Positions 1 to 10,994 of a stretch of DNA of 64,000 bases are shown here, piece by piece (positions within the stretch are counted from its first letter, which is position 1; each line of letters opens with the position of its first letter). The DNA comes from Paragordius varius. Taxonomy: Eukaryota; Animalia; Nematomorpha. The notes under the pieces are model-generated. The model did not search any database. It worked only from the letters and a program-made list of their open reading frames with translations, and was not told where the DNA came from. The DNA lies in contig OZ176056.1 of NCBI GenBank assembly GCA_964247055.1, forward strand, positions 930,001 to 994,000. Direction: 5' to 3'. A program made the position numbers and the translations under genes.

Positions 1-543
1 TTTTCAATCAATTGTAAATGTTTAAAAAAATTCATTTTTTATAGTAAAATATTAATTGGTAGTATAATAATAATAAAATTTTTCCCATTTAAAGTATTTT
101 TAAAATTGAAAATTTTAAATTAATTTTATAGCGATAATTATTGCAAATTTTTCATAGTAAATTATTTAAATTATTAAAATTAAACAACTTAACAAAACCC
201 CAAAGAAAAAAATTTATTAAAATAACATATAATTTTTTTCAAGATTTTTATTAAAGACTATCAATGTTTTATGAATAATTAATTTTTTGAGTCTAAATTT
301 TTATATATATTTTAATAAAATATGAATTTAACATGCCCCTAATTACAATTATTTTATTTTTTTTATTTATATAATTGATGATATTTTTAAATCCTAAAAA
401 TTAAACGTTTATAATATTAAAAATAAGAAAAATAATTATTGAAAAATTATCAAAAAAATATGATTTATACATGGTTATTTAAGGTTTTTATTAAATTAAA
501 GAATATTATTTTTAATATATTTTAATTTTTAAATCCATTATAG

Positions 544-3500
544 ACATTTGTCGCCAAAGTTATGTTGTTTCAAACCTCTATGATTAGATTGGGAAAATCG
601 TCAATGCCTAAAAAAGTAGTTTTAATATTTTGTTTTTTAATATTAGATTCAAATTTTTTTATTAACGCTATTTTTGGTAATGTTAAAATAATTTTTTAAA
701 CAGATTAATAATATATACCATTTACAGTTTAAATTCACCCTAAAAATAAATTAGGTGTGTTTTCGAACTAATATAACTCACTCATTATTAATATGAAATA
801 TATCTTTATGGCATAGTTTTTATTATTTTTTCAGTATTATTTTAAGTTAAAACAAAATTTCTTTTTTCAAAAATATAAAAAAATATAGGTAATTTTTAAC
901 TTTAAAAAACACATAATTCATTTTAAGGTAAATTTGTGTTCGAGATTGAATTTGAATTGTTTAAGGGTATAAATGGTATACATATGGTTAAAAAAAATTA
1001 ATTTCGAATAAAGCCGTTTAAAAATTGCTTTAAATTAAGCTCATATTTTTATAAATAAATGTCTCTTATATTAAAGAATATAAACTGCCCTGATTTGAAA
1101 TTTACTTAAATAAATTGCACTTTTATCCATTGTAATCTTAAGTTTAATAATATAATTTATTCAAACAAATTATGTTTTTTTTAATTTTTTCCATAATTGT
1201 AACAATTTTTTTTATTTTTTATAGTTAAAAAATTAATTTTTTTAATTTTTTTTAATTAAAAAATTTATTTTCTTGCATATAGCCTATTACATTGGATGAT
1301 AGTGATCGTATTATGTTATGTATTCGCGTTTTGGCTCAATGTTCAATAACTTTGAAACAAAGTAACGATTTGGGAAATTCTCTGAAATTAGTTGAAGCTT
1401 TTCTAGAAAATTCGAGGCAAGCCACACAAATTATTGTACAAAATCAATTGGATAGTTCCTCGGGAAAGAATATACTATCTACCAAAACTGATATTGGGGT
1501 ACCTAATTTTTGGATTTTAAATTATAAAATTAGGGGGTTGAAATTGAAAAGTAGAGTAAAAATTGAAATTATACTACAATGGACAAAACGTAAAAATATA
1601 AAGACAATAAATATTTTTTTTTCTTAAAGACAACCATACTTTTTTAAAATATAACTCATTGTTTTAAAAATAACTCATGTTTTAAACTGCAAAGTATGAA
1701 ATTGATATGTATATTGGTAAAACAATCAATTTTTTATTTTTACAATCGTACTTATATAATTTATAGGAGAAAAATTATGGGTTGAAAAAGTTTGGTTGTT
1801 GAAAAAAAAGTATTTGGCTTTATATATTTACGTTTTGTCCATAGTATAATTTTTACTGTAATAAAAAATGAGTTTTAGTAAATATATATGGGAAAAATTA
1901 AAATTATACAACTATTAAAACCAAATTTATTACATTTCATTAGGTATATAGATAGTAAAATTGAAAAGCAAGAATTTAAAGCGACCTAATATAAAACTTA
2001 AATCTATGATTTAAAACTGACATTGAGATTTCAAATTAAGATTTTTATATATATATTTTAATGGATTTTATTGAAATATTTATTAATTTATAAAGTTGAA
2101 ATTAGAAAGATAAACCAAATGTTGGAGCATGGAATTGTGTTGTTTTAAAATCCTATTTAATAGATTTTTTAGAAATTAAAATTATATAAAATATAATTTT
2201 AAACTTTACTTTACGATTATTAATCATTTGGGTTGGAAAATTAGATAAGATATAGAAATGTAAATTGGCACACTCCAATTATTATAGAATAAAATATAGA
2301 TGATTAATAATAAAAAATATTAGTTTTTTACAAATTTTTTATGCTCTTTGTTTTAATAATGTTTTTTACTTTATATTCATTGATATTTTTTTTGCAAAAA
2401 CTTTTATATTTTAGATTTTGGGAAAACCGGAGAAAAATATTTTATCACAACCCGATTCTGAGTTAGCTTTCGGCGATTTTTTTAAAACAGGCAGCGAAAA
2501 ACAGAAAGAGGTTTATTTATATATATAAATTTTAAAAATTTTTACTTTTTTTTGTTTAAAAACATACATTAATAAATATTTTAATTTGTATAATAAAAAT
2601 TAATTTTTAGGACCAGTTTGAAACGAGCCTTTTGAAAGCGATTGGAGATAACACGGATGAAAATGAATTTCAAAATATTGTTGATTCCTCGAAGCTTAAT
2701 AAGGTAAACTTTTTTTTCCATGTGAATAATATTTTGTTTAATTTTTTTTTATAAATTAAATAATTTATTACATAGAATAAATTTAAAAATCTACCTACCT
2801 ATTTATGTCGACCAGATGATATAATTTATATAACTATATGAGGGCAATGTTTTTTCCTAGCAATAAACCCTTTTTTAAATGACTATTTACAATTTTGACC
2901 TTAAAATTTTTTTTTCCAGGAAACACTCAATTAACCGGTTTTTTAGATCCAGTTTATGCGGAAGCCTATATTGAAACAGCTAACTCTCTAAAATTAATAT
3001 ATTTTACCATAATCTAGTTTATAACCCTAATTTATATATATATGAGACCAGCCTTAACATAATTTTCAAAGATTGATAAATCTTTAGTTTATGGCTTTTC
3101 ATCATTGAACTAAACTGTAAACTAAGTTTTTGCTATATCAAAAATGATGCCCAGTTTTTATTTTTTAAGCTTTACAACTTTGCTTTTAAAAATTTTTTTT
3201 CCAACTTACTCAATAAGTGGTTTTTCGGATCCTGAAGCCTACGTAGAAACAACTAACTCTAAAAGATAAATTAATATTTAACTCAATCTTTTATATCCCA
3301 ATTATGTAAACGTATTATTTTAATATTAAAACGATACGTACACTTTTAGTTTTTTTTTGAAAGTTTTTTTGGAATTTCAAAAATTGATTCTAAACAAAAT
3401 AATTTCAATTATATAAAATTCCGAGAAAGGCTTTAACGCATTTTATATTACAAAATGGCACTCTTTTATTTTTTTAAACTAACGGGTTTTTATATCCAGT

Positions 3501-6500
3501 TTACGCCCAGGCTTATGTAGAAATTTTAAACTTATAATAATATTTATATTTGACATTTGTTGACATAATATAAACTTTAAACCCAACTTCATTATAATAA
3601 AATGACATTCTTTTAGTGTTTTGAAAGTTTCTATAAATTTTAACCTTTAAAATATTTTCCAGTTTACACAATTAATAACGTTTTGTCGGTAGCCTAAAAT
3701 ATAAATAAAATAATTTTTCAGTCTTTGAAATTTTCATTTTACACTTAAAATATTTTTTTACAGGTAACTCAATTAACCGGTTTCTCAGATCCGGTTTATG
3801 CCGAAGCCTATGTAGAAATAACCGGTGGACGTGATATAAGACTTGATATTTTACTTGTGAACCAAACTAATGATACCCTACAACATTTGGAACTTGAGCT
3901 ATCTACCATTGGTAATTAATTCGTTTTTGGTTAAATTTTTTTTGGTTGAAATTTTAATATTAGTAGTTATTTAACTTTTTTTTATAATTGCAAATTGGTA
4001 TTTATGATATTAACTTATTTATCTGCAATAATATGCATTTGCCTTTAGTTTAAAATTTGGAGTTTTAAATTCCTAATATCTGGCATTATATGACTATTGT
4101 TTAAGTTTGTTTTGATTTTGTTGTTTATAAGGATGTTTTTAAACTAACTAATAAACACTTTATTTATCAATGTTATATTTAAACTAAAAATATTATATTT
4201 TATGTTAACTAATTATGTAAAACTCATTGATCTATAATACTTAAAATGATTGTATAATTCAATTTTTAATAAAAAAATATATAATTTATTTCACCCTTAA
4301 ACAATTTAAATTCACCATCTAACAATTCAAATTCCACCTCAAATAAGATATATGTTTTTTAAGATTAAAAATTACTTATATTTTAAATAATAAAATTTTG
4401 ATTTTAAATTAAAATAATACTGAAAAAATAATAAACTATGAAAGATATATTTCATTTCATATAAATAATGAATTATATTTTGAAAACACATAATTTATTT
4501 TAACGGCGAATTTGAATTGTTCAAGGGTGAATATGCATGTTCAAGGTTTAATTTGAATTTCGAGGGTGAATTTGAATTTTTCGAGGGTGAGTTTGTATTA
4601 TAAGGGTAAATTTGAATTGTTTAAGGTAAATTTGAATGTTCAAGGGTGAATTTGAATTGTTTAAGGGTGAATTTGAATATTTAAGGGTGAATTTGAATGT
4701 TCAAGGGTGAATTAGAATTGTAAATGAAAAATTTTATTTAATTCATTTAAATACTTTTAGGTGACTTAAAATTGGTTGAAAAACCGAGTCCCCTAACGTT
4801 GGCCCCCAATGATTTTTGTAAACTTAAGGCAGCCGTCAAAGTTTCATCAACGGAGAATGGCATGATTTTTGGAAATATTGGTATATGCATTTTTTATTTT
4901 TTGAAATATAAATTATACATAAAAGTTTTTTTAAAGTTTTTATCAATAGTTTAATATTATTTAAAATATGTTGTTGATTTACATTTTTATTTGAAATTAA
5001 CCCATAATAGGGAATATTAACGACAGATTAAGTTTAAAATATAGAAAATGTCTATTACTTTTTATTTGTCTTTACCGTATTTAACTAAAAGAAAACAAAG
5101 TAATATATTGTTAAAAAACTTTTTCAAACCTTTTTTTGAGGTAACTTATCGTTTTTTTTGTAATGGGCATGCATTTTAATTAGTAATATATATATATAAT
5201 AAATTTTGCAATTGTAATTATTTAGGTTATATAGAAAAAATATTAGTTTGATTAAAAATAATTGTCTTTTGTAATATGTTATATAAATTTTATTTTTTGT
5301 CTTTTTAACAATTTAATTTTTATTACAAAACACTAAATAATCAAGTTATATTGGCAAAATTAAGGTTGAAAAAAATCACATTTTGTCAATTTTGTCATAT
5401 ATTTTTTACAAATTTGTCTTATAAATTTATTTTCATAAAACACCAAATAAGCTATGTTATATTTGCAAAATTAAGGTTGAAAAAAAAATATTTTGTCAAT
5501 TTTGTCTATATTTTTTTGTCTTTTTAACAATTTAATATTTATTATGAATCACTAAATAATCCAAGTTATATTTGCAAAATTAAGGTTGAAAAAAAAAACA
5601 TTTTGTCAATTTTGTCTTTATTTAGTTTTCTTTTTAACAATTTGATTTTAATTATAAAACACTGTCCAAGTTATTTTAGCAAAAAATTAGGGTTGAAAAA
5701 AATATTTTCTCAATTTTGTTTAATATATATTTTTTGTCTTTTTAACAATTTAATTTTTATTGCAAAACACTGAATATTCCAAGTTATATTAGCAAAATTA
5801 TGGTTGAAAAAAACACATTTTGTCAATTTTGTCTTTATTTAGTTTTCTTTTTAACAATTTAATTTTAATTATAAATCACTAAATAATCCAAGTTATATTG
5901 GCAGAATTAAGGTTGAAAAAAATATTTTGTTAATTTTGTTTAATATATTTTTTTTAATATTACAACTTTTTGTGTTTTTCCTTTAGTTTATGACATAAGC
6001 TCATCAGGTCAACAGGAAAGAAACGCCGTAATCATGAATGAAATTCACGTTGATATTTTGGATTATGTCGTTATAAGTAACAATAATTCCAAAGACGCAA
6101 AAACTTGTTTAATTTCAGATTCTGAGTTTCGACGTATGTGGCAAGAATTTGAATGGGAAAATAAGGTACATAGACTGATGGATGGTTTTAAAATTGATTA
6201 TATACTTTGAAATTATTAATTTTTTGTTTTTTAAGTTTTTTTGTTTTTTGATTATGTTTTAATTTCAAAGTTTGTTTGTCTCTTTGAATATTTTGAATAA
6301 TACTTGTGTAGTATTATGATTTTTTATAAAAAAATCTGTTTGGGTATCTAAAACTAATTTTGTAATTTAAATCAACCTTTATTTTTTATATGTGTTTTTT
6401 TCATGTTTACTGTTTTAATTAGCCATTCATCTATATTTTTGTTAATAGAGTAGGTTATTGCCTTTTCTTTTAAACCAGCTAAGATCAATTTATAAAAAGT

Positions 6501-7534
6501 TTATCTAACAATAAAATCGCTTAAAAAATATTTTTTCTTCCTTATTTAACATTATGAACTATAAATTTTTTATTTATGCTTTTAAATTAAACATTTAAAA
6601 GCATAACATACAAATTAAGTAATTATTTTTTTGATAATAAAATCATAATTTAATTTTAAATTCTAGACTTATTTGCTTATGCAATTAACCCTCGTATCTT
6701 TTACAATATTTTAGACGTTATTTTAAAAACTAAAATTGAAAAATATTCTATATGATAGTTTATAACTTTTATATTAGGTTTTGTCGTCTATATAATTTCA
6801 TCGAGCGTTGTTTACTCAAATAAAATTTTACAGTAAAAATTGGATTAATACGGACAAAACGTGAAAATATAAAGACAAATATTGACAACCATACTTTTTT
6901 AATCTTGATTTTTTTGAATATAACTCATTGTTTTAAACTACAAATTATAATATAGAAATGTCAATTGGTAACACAATCAATCAATTATGTATTTTACGAT
7001 TATAATGGATAAATTAAGGGTTAAGAAAGTGTGGTTGGTTGTCTTTTTGTAAAAAAAATTTTGTCTTTATATTTTTACATTTTGTCCGTATATTACATGA
7101 TATATATTAATCCAGGTATGTATCAATAAAACTATCATAAAACCGTGTAATTCTACAAAAAAGACTACTCTTTTGAAGGAATCAAATGAATTTGAGAATT
7201 CTGATGATCTTAATTCAGAAACGAATAAATCCGCTCCTTTAGACACGACGGATGAATTGACCGAATTCCTGGAATATTTGATGGCGAAAACGCATATGAC
7301 ATGCTTAACACCTCGTGAAGTATTTTTTTTGTTTTTATACAACTAATTGTTTTTTTTAAAAATAATATAGTTTAGGTAGGTAAGGGTCAGATAATCTTTA
7401 TATTGTTCTGTCGTAAGGTTACGTTGATTCAAGTCCATTTTTATATTATCATTTGGCGTCTCTTCTCTGAGTATGACCGTAGAGACGCAACTTTTAAAAT
7501 ATATTTATAAATATATATATATATTTATAAATAT

Positions 7535-7579
<45 letters not shown>

Positions 7580-8732
7580 TATATACAGTGTTTTTAGATA
7601 AAATTTTTATAGTTTTAAAAATTTTATTTTCGATTTTAAGATGGGATTTTCACAAAATCTAACAAAAGTGTTTGTTAACTTTTGTAGACTGTTTTAAAAG
7701 CCGAACTTTTAAAAAAAATATATTTATCTTTATATTTTATAATTTTTTCTCTATCATTTAAATTTTGACATTATATTTTATAATTTTTTTTATAAATTTT
7801 TCCCTATATTTTAGGCTTTGAGTGGCAACTGTGGTTTCCTGGCTGCTAACTTGTATGCAAAATCTATTTTTGGCGAAGATGCCTTAGCTAATATATGCTT
7901 GGAAAAATGTAAGATTTTTTTTGATTTTTTTTATATATTTGCAATTTAAATGAGTCAAATAAAGGTATGCTCTATTTTAAGTTCAACTGCGTCTTTTTTT
8001 ATGGCATGTAAAGAAATCAATAATTTTAAATAAGATTTGCAAAAAAGCGACATTTTCATTTTTTATAGATTTAGGGTTTTGAAAATGTAGTTAAATTAGT
8101 CCTGACTTCATATTTTATTATACTTTTTGTTGCAAATTTTAACATTTAATAAACTTATTTCACGCCTTTTAGCTTTATAAACTTAATAATTTTATGGATG
8201 TGTTAATTGTTAGTTTTTGTTGTTTTTGCGTCAATTAATTGCAAAATAAATTATAATTTTAAATGCTTAAAATATTTCATTTTCATTACCCTTGTTAATA
8301 CACAGATATTACCTGAGTGAAAAAAATTATTGGTTTCTTATCAAAATTTTGGGTTAAGTTTCTACTTAGCACCCCTTTATTTATAAATTTTTACAATTTT
8401 TTTCAATATTTATGTATATTGCTTTTAAATTCTTTTTTTCATCAACCCACATAGCTAAACAGGTAAAAATAATAAGTGGGCGAAATTATGAAGGAAATAA
8501 TAAAGTTGTTGATGATGAGCAAATTGAAGATTATCCAGAAACTGAAAACTCTGAAGGCAAAAATATTGGTTCACCCGCCCGATCAACTAACAACCAATTA
8601 CAAATCCTTTCAATTCATATAGTTGGGCATGTTCGAATAAGAGCTAAAACACAAGTTTGTGTCAATCTTTTTTTATAAGTGTTAAAAAATATTTTTTTGA
8701 TAAAAAAAATGTTGGAAAAAACATTTAATATC

Positions 8733-8769
<37 letters not shown>

Positions 8770-9222
8770 ATTATGAAATTTATTTATTTGACGTTAAAGT
8801 TAAACCAACTCTTCGTTGTTTTTTTACATTTTAAATCATGTAATAGATTACACATTAAAAATACAATAGTAAATTGATTTACAGACAAAACGTAAAACAC
8901 AAATATTTCTAAAAGTCCATCTTAAACTTAAAGTAATTTTTTTAAAATATTTGACAACAATTTTACACATGTAATTGATCCTTATAAAACATAAAGTTTT
9001 ATTTATACGAGTTTAAAGATATATCAATTAAATATAAAATAAATTCTAATAAAGTTTAATGGTGCTATAAAATAAATATTTTCATATTTGATTATAAATT
9101 AAATGTTGATTGATTAGCTCACTGCAAGTTAAAATATTATATATTATTTTATACATATTTTATAGGGAATGGCTTTGAGTTTGGGTGACAAAATCAATCA
9201 AATACAGAAAGCTGCACAATAA
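544..9222 (+). CDS. COPB1: Coatomer subunit beta (beta-COP), 3' portion; the 5' end lies upstream of the window. Exons: 544-615, 1283-1498, 2415-2510, 2611-2703, 3764-3911, 4761-4880, 5987-6165, 7116-7319, 7815-7908, 8455-8654, 9166-9222
   Basis: All exons are GT-AG bounded with consistent phases. The spliced protein carries beta-COP C-terminal motifs: [139 protein letters not shown]-stop (TAA 9220-9222). Confidence 0.96.
718..976. mobile_element. MITE family A copy
   Basis: TATA|CCATTTACAG...TAAATGG|TATA with the shared core TAATATAACTCACTCATTATTAATATGAAAT. Confidence 0.75.
1554..1858. mobile_element. MITE family B copy (COPB1 intron)
   Basis: Same TIR and core (GGACAAAACGTAAAAATATAAAGACAA, AACTCATTGTTTTAAA) as 28520-28821. 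Confidence 0.75.
2903..3700 (+). repeat. Degenerate tandem partial duplications of the acceptor and 5' end of COPB1 exon 3764-3911
   Basis: Copies at about 2911-2980 ([17 protein letters not shown]), 3205-3255 ([10 protein letters not shown]), 3478-3525 ([15 protein letters not shown]) and a faint one at 3650-3700. Confidence 0.85.
4284..4726. mobile_element. MITE family A copy with an expanded subterminal repeat array
   Basis: Family core plus about 11 tandem GGGTGAATTTGAATTGTTCAA-like units (4504-4726). Confidence 0.75.
5295..5945. repeat. Minisatellite, about 6 copies of a 110-bp unit, in a COPB1 intron
   Basis: The anchor (A/T)AGGTTGAAAAAAA recurs at about 5362, 5473, 5582, 5691, 5800 and 5910, with TTTTGTCAATTTTGTC and CCAAGTTATATT between copies. 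Confidence 0.9.
6831..7092. mobile_element. MITE family B copy ending just upstream of COPB1 exon 7116
   Basis: TACAGTAAAAATTGGATTAATACGGACAAAACG...TTTTGTCCGTA. Confidence 0.75.
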
Positions 9223-9370
9223 ATCATTATTTTATTATATTTTTTTACTTATTATATTTGTAGATTTCATTAATATTGTTATTTATAAATTTGGGTTTTT
9301 TTTAAAATATTTTTTTTTAATTTTATATTACTTTATGCTTTATATGGTAGGGCACTAATAAATACTTTTG

Positions 9371-9373
<3 letters not shown>

Positions 9374-9454
<81 letters not shown>
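9374..9454. repeat. (TA)n microsatellite, about 40 units
   Basis: Uninterrupted TA run just downstream of the COPB1 stop. Other (TA)n tracts lie at about 7539-7585, 8726-8768, 9894-9938, 41073-41099 and 49195-49240. Confidence 0.95.
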
Positions 9455-9459
<5 letters not shown>

Positions 9460-9888
9460 AATTATTGATAAATACTAATTTTGTTTTTTAATATTGATAT
9501 TTATTTAACAGTATGGTATGACTAATTTTTTAAGAGATTGTTAATAATTGAATATTTAATAATTCAAAATAATAAAACTGTTTTGTAAAAACAAATAATA
9601 AAATTAATTTTACTGCAAAATTATTTCAAGGTAATTTTAACCATTAATATTGGTCAATTTTATTTTATAATACATCAAATAAAACAACTATTACCTACTT
9701 AAGAATTATCAGTTAATTGATTAAATCATTGTTTTAAGAGGTTGTTATTATTTTTCGAAACTGATTTTTGATGTCGCAAATTCGGTGACATAAAACACAT
9801 AGATTTATTTTTTTATATATCACGTAACATGATTATTTTTTTGTTTTTGCATATATTTTTTTGCGTTTTAATAAATAATTATGATTTT

Positions 9889-9941
<53 letters not shown>

Positions 9942-10994
9942 TCTTACTTACTTTTGAATAAATATCAATTTTTTCAATGTCAATGTTAAATATAGTTTTT
10001 GTTACGTGTTAATAAAACGCAAAAAAATGTATAATTAATAATTGATTTTTATATATTCCTCAATAATTTAAGGAAAAGATATAGAGTTGTGAAAATTTAA
10101 AATGATAAAATTTTGTACTAATTCGGTTCATGTTTAACAAAAAATAATAATTTTTAGCCTTTTTAATACGGTGAATATTAAAGTTGATAGAACCAGTAAA
10201 AAGGTAAAATACTCAAAATAATTCAGAGTTTTGACATTGTAGAGGTCGATCCAATTTGAACTTTAAAAAAATATACGAAATGTATAATTTTTTTCCTTTT
10301 GAAAACCTTGAAATCAAAAATATCAAAAAAAATAATTATCTAATCAACAGGCTAATTATCGTAAATCATTCATTGCTATGTATCCAAAAATATTTTTAAC
10401 CATATAAATATTACTGCGAAATTTTACGCCGCATTAATTTAATTATATGCGAAAATATTGATTTAATAATTGCTAAATATTTATATATTATTGACATTCC
10501 ACTCTTTTGATTATGCGTACTTCTTTTAGATTAAAACAAAATTTTTTTATATTTATAAATGCAAAAACCGAATTTCCCAGCCAAAAAAACAGTTTTTTAT
10601 TATATTAAAGAAAGTAAGAAATTGATTTTTTTTGGTTCAATATCTATAACTAAATGGCTAAATAATTGTACTATTTACGGTTATTTATGCTAATTTTAGC
10701 AATAAAAATAGATTACAAAAATGGAAGTATCTAAAAAAACATTTTTTAGCAAATATTATATAATATTATAAATATTAAAGAGATCCGTTTTCCACATTTA
10801 TACCTACTTACCTATACCTGTTTTGATCAAATTATAAATAAAGTGATAAACATTTAGTTTTTGCATAATGTTATTCAAAATTAATTATCAATAACAATTT
10901 TTGTTGCGATTTTCATATATATTTTAAAAATCATTTTTTTCCTTTAGAATAGTATTTTTTTGCTTAAAAATTCATTTAAAATATAGTTTTTAAA

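Noticed and set aside
4504-4726. CRISPR-like repeat array
   Set aside because: The units are contiguous with no unique spacers, there are no cas genes, the context is eukaryotic, and the repeats belong to MITE family A.
7111-7125. AG|GTATGT (also at 3764 and 12967) as recursive splice sites
   Set aside because: These exons begin with a Val codon (GTN), conserved in the two COPB1 cases, which explains AG|GT without recursive splicing.
7067-7342. Minus-strand 91-aa ORF
   Set aside because: Antisense shadow of COPB1 exon 7116-7319, which is coded on the plus strand.
10150-10265. Possible small exon, 39-nt intron and exon upstream of TH
   Set aside because: No start codon or homology, and an early stop. 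Cannot be distinguished from chance or from UTR.
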